Assembly (NCBI GenBank): GCA_046861395.1
Contig: JBHHUC010000003.1
Span: 18,317-82,316 of the forward strand
Origin: Fidelibacterota bacterium
Lineage (GTDB): Bacteria; Fidelibacterota; Marinisomatia; Marinisomatales; JABMOV01
Length of the DNA stretch: 64,000 nucleotides
Direction of reading: 5' to 3'
The notes beneath the pieces were generated by a model. That model was given only the letters and a program-made list of their open reading frames with translations, made no database searches and had not been told where the DNA came from. Shown here piece after piece: positions 57,476-64,000 of the stretch. Position numbers and translations under genes: made by a program. Position 1 is the first letter of the stretch. Every line of letters starts with the position of its first letter.

Positions 57476-58302
57476 CGATTAGGCCAGTTCAATTCTTTTA
57501 TAAAAAACAGAATATGATATTCCAGTGCGTTGGTCCAATAATTCCAGGAATGTCCCCCCGGTCGTTCAATATAGGTATGGGGTAATTCGTCACGAATCAT
57601 TGCCTGGTGAACCTCACGATTCGCCGTGATAAAGGCATCATCCACACCGCAGTCGATAATGATTACGGGTGAGATATTCTTCAATGCAGCAATATTCCCT
57701 GAGACAGAATACGGTATTAAATCTTTGATTTCCGATAATCCCATGAGCAACCGAATATCGTCGGCAAAACGAGTTTGTGTCAGGTCTAGGACGCCACTCA
57801 TGGAACCGGCGCCGGCAAAGGTGGTCGGATATTGACCTGCAATGTATAGGGCTCCGTGTCCGCCCATGCTTAGCCCGGTTATGGCCCGGAAGGTCCGTTC
57901 CTTCCTGGTGGGGAAAGTTTCATCTATCCAATCCGCAAGTTCGCGCCCAACATAAGTGGTAAACCGGTTTTTTCCATTGACCGGACTATCCAAATACCAG
58001 CCTGCATATCCGCCCTCCGGACAGATGATGATTACCCGGTATTCATCCGCCAGACGTATCAGATCCGTTTCCCGGATCCAATCTTCATAGCTGCCGCTCC
58101 AACCATGTAAGAGATATATTGCTGGAAACATTTGTACGGACAATTCATCCCGATCTGGTAGTACGACAATATTGTTCAATGTCGTATCCATGGCGACACT
58201 GTACACCGCCACGGTCTGCACGGAACCGGCCAGAAGAATGTGAGAGAAAAACCATGCGGTAAGCACCCATCGAATCACCATGGCTGTGATCCTTTCTGTC
58301 AA
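57472..58302 (-). CDS. Exported alpha/beta esterase (CE1/XynC-like)
   Basis: YLLHG, GLSMGG (GxSxG), IDCG.DD.F, PGGHSW.YW motifs; start may be 58281. Confidence 0.88.
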   Translation of the reverse strand: MTERITAMVIRWVLTAWFFSHILLAGSVQTVAVYSVAMDTTLNNIVVLPDRDELSVQMFPAIYLLHGWSGSYEDWIRETDLIRLADEYRVIIICPEGGYAGWYLDSPVNGKNRFTTYVGRELADWIDETFPTRKERTFRAITGLSMGGHGALYIAGQYPTTFAGAGSMSGVLDLTQTRFADDIRLLMGLSEIKDLIPYSVSGNIAALKNISPVIIIDCGVDDAFITANREVHQAMIRDELPHTYIERPGGHSWNYWTNALEYHILFFIKELNWPNR

Positions 58303-58402
58303 TTTCTTTCAATTTAAAACAATTCGCTATCCAACTCCGCAAAATTTCTCATTAGTTTGCACCCCTCAACTCAATCCATTTTTCTTCAATATTAGGAATG
58401 AT

Positions 58403-59893
58403 ATGAAACATGTAACCGTAATACAATTGGGAGGTCAGTCATTGTCTCCTTCTGATATGAACTCCGGTGATAATCTCACCATCGACTTCATCTCGTTTTC
58501 CCGCGAATCGGGTGAAAAGTACAGCCTGGCTGAAAATACATTAGGACATTTATTGAATACCGTAACCCATGAATCGCAGCCGGAATACCTGATGATCATC
58601 GACGATCGTACTGCTAAGATCGATCTCAATGGCGATGCCCTTGACTTATTGCTATTGACATCGTTACGCCATCCTCGCTGGGGTATGATCTATTCCGATT
58701 ATGCCGTATCAGATGCTACCGTTACCAGTGATGTTCACCTTCTTCATCAACATCCTGGCCGAGTCCGGGATAATCAGGATTATGGAAATGTCTTCTTCTA
58801 TCACGTACCGGCTCTCATGTCCGTAGGCGGATTTGATGAATCGTTACAATACAATACACTGTATGATATTCGGTTAAAATTATCGGAAAAACATGAACTT
58901 GTCCATATCAGTAATCGTTATTCAGGCAATCTATATACTGTTCATAAAGTAGCGGCAAAGACTAATGTATTTGATTATTTACTAGCAAGTAAAGACGCCC
59001 AGTTAGAAGCAGAAAATGTTTTGACCAGCCATTTGAAGCGGATTGGCGCTTACCTAGCTCCACAGCAACAATACCGTACCCGTCCCGAAGCACAACCCAA
59101 ACCCGAGTTGGTTGCCAGTATTGTAATCCCGGTGAACAACCGCCCCGAATTCATTGCCACGGCAATTCAGAGTGTCCAAGCCCAGAGCATTCCTGCCGTA
59201 GAAGTGATTGTCGTCGTCAACGGCGGCCCCGATGACCCGACCATCCCCGTTGTTCGGGAATATCTGCCGGGCGGAAAACATTATCAGGCCGACCGACCGG
59301 AAGTTCAGTTGCTGGTCCTCCAAATTAACAATATCGGATTCTGTCTCAATTCCGGTATTTTATTGGCCCGGGGAGAATATTATGTCCAACTGGATTCCGA
59401 TGACCGCCTGAAACCTGATGCGGTGGAAAAAATTCAAGCCTTATTTGCTTCTGACCCTGAAATTGGGATGGTAATTGGATCCTACGAAGTATGGGAGAAA
59501 ACCACGGCCGGCGATCTCGTTCGGATGGATGAAATTCCTGTCGTCACACACGATGAGTGGACGGATGATAACGGTCGGAATAATCTATTGCGAATTAATG
59601 GCGCTGGTGCACCTCGTTCCTTACCCATATCGGTTATAAAGGAAATGGGATTTTTCGGCATGAACGACGATCCCTATGCCCGGAATTACGGGGAAGATTA
59701 TGATATGGTATTACGGGTCAGTGAACATTATCGCATCGGACGAATCTGGGACCCGATCTATGAAGTCATCCGCCATGAGGGCGGCACCGATCACAGCATT
59801 GATCAACAGACAGTAGACCGGAATGACAATGCCAAGGATTACATGCGTCTCATGGCCATCCGGCGGCGGCAGGAGCAGGTACATGGAAAATGA
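58403..59893 (+). CDS. GT2/GT-A family protein with a degenerate N-terminal GT-A domain
   Basis: SIVIPV.NR, QLDSDD, YGEDY motifs in the C-terminal domain; YSDY..G.VRD..DYG..YD.RL in the N-terminal domain; AGGA precedes the ATG at 58403. Confidence 0.87.
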   Translation: MKHVTVIQLGGQSLSPSDMNSGDNLTIDFISFSRESGEKYSLAENTLGHLLNTVTHESQPEYLMIIDDRTAKIDLNGDALDLLLLTSLRHPRWGMIYSDYAVSDATVTSDVHLLHQHPGRVRDNQDYGNVFFYHVPALMSVGGFDESLQYNTLYDIRLKLSEKHELVHISNRYSGNLYTVHKVAAKTNVFDYLLASKDAQLEAENVLTSHLKRIGAYLAPQQQYRTRPEAQPKPELVASIVIPVNNRPEFIATAIQSVQAQSIPAVEVIVVVNGGPDDPTIPVVREYLPGGKHYQADRPEVQLLVLQINNIGFCLNSGILLARGEYYVQLDSDDRLKPDAVEKIQALFASDPEIGMVIGSYEVWEKTTAGDLVRMDEIPVVTHDEWTDDNGRNNLLRINGAGAPRSLPISVIKEMGFFGMNDDPYARNYGEDYDMVLRVSEHYRIGRIWDPIYEVIRHEGGTDHSIDQQTVDRNDNAKDYMRLMAIRRRQEQVHGK

Positions 59894-61085
59894 TTTTGTT
59901 TTAATCGGCGTCGATGGTGGGGCAACCAAAACCACGGCCTGTCTCATTGAATACCAGGCAACGGAAGGAAAATTTCATCTAACAACCGTTGCGGATTCTC
60001 TACCTTACCACGAACAGGAAGGCTACCGGTCCGATTTTCAGCCGGTAGATCTGCAAACACAACTCGACGAGAAAGATCAAACCATTTCTCTCACATCTTC
60101 CGAACGGACCCAGGGAAATGTAATCATCGCCGCCAATGCCCGGGTTATACAATCCGTTTTACGGTCCAGGGCAGATAAACCTGTTCTGATTGGTATTGGA
60201 TTTCCGGGACTGAAAACGTCTGACGGTCGCGGCATCAGTGCCATGGCCAATGGTCCGCGTATGCCACAATTTCTCACTATCCTGGAGGATATACTCCGGG
60301 ACAAGGGGGTACGTTTCACAGCACCAATTGCCCGTCTTGGCAGCGATGCCGATTATTGCGGACTCGGTGAGGAATTTGGAGTCCGGGGACAATTCAGTGA
60401 TGTGGATCAGGTCTATTACCTTGGAGGAGGTACCGGCGCAGCGGACGCCCTGAAGCTCCAAGGCAAACTGGTGCCCTTTGATCATACAAAAACCTGGTTG
60501 GCCAAAACCTGGGAATTGATGAATACCAAAGGCGTGAGCATGGAACGATATGCCTCGGCGGGCGGAATTCAGTGGGTTTACAGCACCTACGCCAATATTC
60601 CTTTGGAAGATGTTCAGCACCGGAAAATCTATCCTTCCCAAATCCTGTCTGAGGCACACAACGGATCACCGGCGGCAATTGATACATTTCATGATGTGGC
60701 CACAAACCTGGCTATGCTGCTATTCGAACGAATGACAACCGTCTACTGCGGTTGGAAGGATTTGCTGGAATTCGTGAATCCCAATCGTGAGGCGTTGAAC
60801 GCGCAACATCCTTTTACCGGGACTTTGCTGGAACGGATTGTCATCGGCCAGCGACTCGGCGAATTATTGAAACAATCTAAGGATACAGGATTATTTTGGG
60901 ATGAATTGGAGAGAAATTTAACCGACTTGGTAACTCAATTCCCCGATCTGGATTCAACCTTTGTAAATTATTATTGTCCCCAGGGACGATTTAATATGAA
61001 TCTTATTTCCATATCACCCTTACGGGAAGCACCGGCGTTGGGCGCTGCCATAGATGCCTTCCAACATTGGAGAAGCACGCCATAA
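59883..61085 (+). CDS. ROK-like/ASKHA sugar kinase
   Basis: IGVDGGATKT, IGIGFPG, DAD..GLGE, YLGGGTG, ERYASAGG, A..LGAA motifs. Confidence 0.75.
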   Translation: MENDFVLIGVDGGATKTTACLIEYQATEGKFHLTTVADSLPYHEQEGYRSDFQPVDLQTQLDEKDQTISLTSSERTQGNVIIAANARVIQSVLRSRADKPVLIGIGFPGLKTSDGRGISAMANGPRMPQFLTILEDILRDKGVRFTAPIARLGSDADYCGLGEEFGVRGQFSDVDQVYYLGGGTGAADALKLQGKLVPFDHTKTWLAKTWELMNTKGVSMERYASAGGIQWVYSTYANIPLEDVQHRKIYPSQILSEAHNGSPAAIDTFHDVATNLAMLLFERMTTVYCGWKDLLEFVNPNREALNAQHPFTGTLLERIVIGQRLGELLKQSKDTGLFWDELERNLTDLVTQFPDLDSTFVNYYCPQGRFNMNLISISPLREAPALGAAIDAFQHWRSTP

Positions 61086-62389
61086 ACGCCATTTCAGCCA
61101 GCTCAATTCGGACTGAACCGACCATAAAGATTGGTATCATATTACCGCAGGATTGTCAAATTGCCTGCACAGTCAGCCTAAAAAACACGGCCAATTATTT
61201 CAGTGATCCTACCCTGCCCATCACGCCGGAAATGACAATCCTGATTCAGGGAAACGGTCTTTCCGTGGCCGGTCAATCCCTGGATGCCCTACGAATTTCT
61301 TCGAAATCGAATCAAATTGCCCATCATTCCGGAATGGCATTAGATCCCGTGATCGCCGGACGGGGTTTCCACTGGCAAAAATCCGTCACAATGACCTTTC
61401 CCGGTGATTTGAAATTCGTCAATCACAAAGGACATTTACTGGTGACAAATGAACTTCCGCTGGAACAATATTTAATGTGTGTGGCTACATCAGAAATGGG
61501 TGCTGCATGTCCCCCGGCCCTGATCGCCGCCCAGACTATCGTTGCCCGCTCCTTTATCCTGGCGAATGCGGAAAAAAAACATTCCCATCTCGGCTTTGAC
61601 TTTTGCAATGACGATTGTTGCCAGCGATATCACGGTACGGAAGGATTATCACAGCAATCCGTCCGGGGTTCGGAAAATACAAGGGGGCTGGTTCCTGTTT
61701 TTGACGGTCAGGTCTGCGACACTCGTTATTCCAAATCCTGCGGTGGGATGATTGAATCATTTCAGGCCGTTTGGGGCAATAACAATCCTCCCTATTTCAA
61801 GGTAAAACCTGATCTGCCGGAAAATTCATCCGGCCCGGATTTGACAGTGGAAAGCAATTTCCGCGATTGGGTGGATAATCCACCTCTGGCCTTCTGCTCT
61901 CCCGAATACATTCCGGAAAGTGAACTACCAGAGTATCTGGGTGGCGTCGACGAAGAAGGGCATTATTACCGGTGGCGGATATTTTATTCGCAAGAGGAAA
62001 TTACCCGCTTGATTGCCCAAAAGGCACAGCGAGAACTCCGGGCCATTAAAGCACTGATTCCGCTGGAGCGCGGTAGCTCAGGTCGTATCATCAAACTGGA
62101 AATCCAGGCTATTGATGACTGTGGTGATGAAACATCCATTTTTCTTAATTCCGAATATGATATTCGGTATCACCTGCATGACGGTTTTCTCTACAGTTCC
62201 GCCTTTTATGTTATTCCGATTGAAAACGGCGATTTTCCGTCTGAGTTCTTTATTCATGGTGGCGGCTGGGGCCATGGGGCCGGCCTCTGTCAGATCGGCG
62301 CTCTGGGAATGTCACTGGCTGACTATGATTTCCCTGACATTATCAAACATTATTATCCCGGTATTACCCTGAAACGACTTTACACTTGA
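61067..62389 (+). CDS. SpoIID/LytB-domain protein (lytic transglycosylase-like)
   Basis: LEQYL.CV..SEM, AQ.IVARS, C.DD.CQRY.G, YSK.CGG, RG.SGR, GGWGHG.GLCQ.GA, I..HYYPG motifs; TTG start. Confidence 0.92.
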   Translation: MEKHAINAISASSIRTEPTIKIGIILPQDCQIACTVSLKNTANYFSDPTLPITPEMTILIQGNGLSVAGQSLDALRISSKSNQIAHHSGMALDPVIAGRGFHWQKSVTMTFPGDLKFVNHKGHLLVTNELPLEQYLMCVATSEMGAACPPALIAAQTIVARSFILANAEKKHSHLGFDFCNDDCCQRYHGTEGLSQQSVRGSENTRGLVPVFDGQVCDTRYSKSCGGMIESFQAVWGNNNPPYFKVKPDLPENSSGPDLTVESNFRDWVDNPPLAFCSPEYIPESELPEYLGGVDEEGHYYRWRIFYSQEEITRLIAQKAQRELRAIKALIPLERGSSGRIIKLEIQAIDDCGDETSIFLNSEYDIRYHLHDGFLYSSAFYVIPIENGDFPSEFFIHGGGWGHGAGLCQIGALGMSLADYDFPDIIKHYYPGITLKRLYT

Positions 62390-62396
62390 GTAATTT

Positions 62397-64000
62397 ATGA
62401 CAAACAAAACACGCACACGTTCACCCTGGTGGTGGGTTCCTTCCCTGTATTACGCCCAAGGTATTCCCTATGCCGTAGTAATGCTGATTTCAGTCATTTT
62501 CTATAAACGAATGGGTATTTCCAACACGGATATCGCCCTCTACACCAGCTGGTTATATCTACCCTGGGTCATTAAGCCATTATGGAGTCCGGTAGTGGAT
62601 ATTCTGAAAACAAAGCGGTGGTGGATTGTCATTACCCAGTTGATCATCGGGGCCGGGCTGGGCGGCGTTGCCTTGTCCATTCCCATGCCGGGATTTTTCA
62701 AGGTTACGTTAGGCTTTTTCTGGTTACTGGCCTTCAGTTCCGCTACCCATGATATTGCTGCCGATGGTTTTTATATGCTGGGGTTGAATCAACATCAACA
62801 AGCCTGGTTTGTGGGTATTCGCAGCACCTTTTATCGTATTGCCATGATTACCGGGCAGGGTCTACTCATCATTTTTGCCGGTTATGTGGAAGATCATACG
62901 GGACTGGAAACCGCAACACTACAGGTCGAAGCCGCCCAGCAACCGGGAATTGTTGAATATCAACCGGATACCGATACGACTTCCATGCGCATCATTCTTG
63001 ATCCGCCGGTGGTGAGCCTGGCGCTTACGGAACGGCAAAAAAGTGAATTGGAAAGCGATCTGCAATTGGTGGAAAAATGGAATCGCGCCCATGGCCAGGA
63101 TGTTCCTGAAACCGGAGGAAATAACCACGGAAACGGCAAGCCGGATGAACCGGCCAGTGGCTGGAAAAGTCGCCTGGAGGATTTTCTACGACGGACGTTT
63201 GGCGAAACGGTGGAAGGCGGAAATACCGATCTCACTGGGAATTATACTCTGGTGAAAATGCGCTTATCCCATCCACCTGAAGAAGGTGAAACAGTTGTGA
63301 ATTTCGGCCGTGTATCAGGTGATAAAAGTCTTTCCCTGATTACCCCTCCGCGGTTTGTTTTCACGAAAGAAAATTGGAATAAACCGGTTCTCATGATTAT
63401 TCAAGTGGATCATCGCCAGAAAACGCCGGTCATGGCCCGATTTGAAGCCCGCAGCGGAAACATTACTCTGGCCTGGACTCTCACATTCATAATCATTGGT
63501 GCTCTGTTTATTCTTTTCTTTCTCTATCACCACCGGATGCTTCCTTTTCCCGCCAATGATATTCCTGTCGTCCACACCTCTTCGTTCTGGGGTAACTTTG
63601 TGGAAACATTTGGTTCCTATTTCACCAAGGATCGGATCGCGATAATGGTGGCTTTCATCCTGATCTATCGTTTCGGGGAGGCGCAATTGGTAAAACTGGC
63701 TACACCCTTCCTGCTGGATGCCCAGGAAGCTGGCGGCCTGGCCCTATCCACCGGACAAGTGGGCTTTGTCTATGGTACGGTTGGAATGATAATGTTGACC
63801 CTGGGAGGAATTCTGGGGGGAATCCTTGCGGCGCGCCACGGCTTACGCTACTGGTTCATCTGGATGGCTCTAGCTATGAAACTACCGGATGCCGTTTATG
63901 TCTTTCTATCCTATGCCCAGCCCGACAGCTTTTTCATTGTCAATGTCTGCGTGGCCGTAGAACAATTTGGTTACGGTTTCGGCTTTACCGCCTACATGTT
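62397..64000 (+). CDS. ampG: AmpG-like MFS muropeptide permease with a large loop insertion; 3'-truncated and absent from the ORF track
   Basis: My translation: MTNKTRTRSPWWWVPSLYYAQGIPY..LPWVIKPLWSP.VD..SATHDIAADGFY..YRFGEAQL..EQFGYGFGFTAYM, open to the window end. Confidence 0.88.
   Translation, partial: MTNKTRTRSPWWWVPSLYYAQGIPYAVVMLISVIFYKRMGISNTDIALYTSWLYLPWVIKPLWSPVVDILKTKRWWIVITQLIIGAGLGGVALSIPMPGFFKVTLGFFWLLAFSSATHDIAADGFYMLGLNQHQQAWFVGIRSTFYRIAMITGQGLLIIFAGYVEDHTGLETATLQVEAAQQPGIVEYQPDTDTTSMRIILDPPVVSLALTERQKSELESDLQLVEKWNRAHGQDVPETGGNNHGNGKPDEPASGWKSRLEDFLRRTFGETVEGGNTDLTGNYTLVKMRLSHPPEEGETVVNFGRVSGDKSLSLITPPRFVFTKENWNKPVLMIIQVDHRQKTPVMARFEARSGNITLAWTLTFIIIGALFILFFLYHHRMLPFPANDIPVVHTSSFWGNFVETFGSYFTKDRIAIMVAFILIYRFGEAQLVKLATPFLLDAQEAGGLALSTGQVGFVYGTVGMIMLTLGGILGGILAARHGLRYWFIWMALAMKLPDAVYVFLSYAQPDSFFIVNVCVAVEQFGYGFGFTAYM

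Noticed and set aside
1..64000. CRISPR arrays, tRNA/rRNA genes, IS elements, integrases, prophage
   Set aside because: None recognised; intergenic gaps are all under ~180 bp and show no such structure by eye.

Overview
Bacterial chromosomal window, probably from a non-Bacteroidota FCB-group lineage (Marinimicrobia/Calditrichota/KSB1-like). This is inferred from the YPNPFNP-type C-terminal secretion domains, PorV-like genes and SusD-less TonB receptors. After five housekeeping genes (rnc, DUF151 nuclease, PGI/PMI, polyprenyl synthase, PMM/PGM), most of 4.7-64 kb reads as one large peptidoglycan (PG) degradation and scavenging region. It encodes secreted hydrolases with T9SS-type C-terminal domains (M23 peptidase, GHL10 glycosidase, Amidase_3), DacB, LdcA, a DUF1460 amidase, a GH3/AmiE-like fusion, SpoIID, an AmpG-like permease, a Na+/solute symporter, AnmK and a long NagB. 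Three TonB-dependent receptors are each followed not by susD but by a protein with a distinct 'VVPNPY' C-terminal domain, and each operon has its own PorV-like gene. Sequence-level oddities: a 963-bp perfect in-frame duplication inside one gene, and a GHL10 gene split by an apparent ~20-nt microhomology deletion. No RNA genes, CRISPR arrays or mobile elements were recognised. All family calls come from motif recognition by eye, not database searches.
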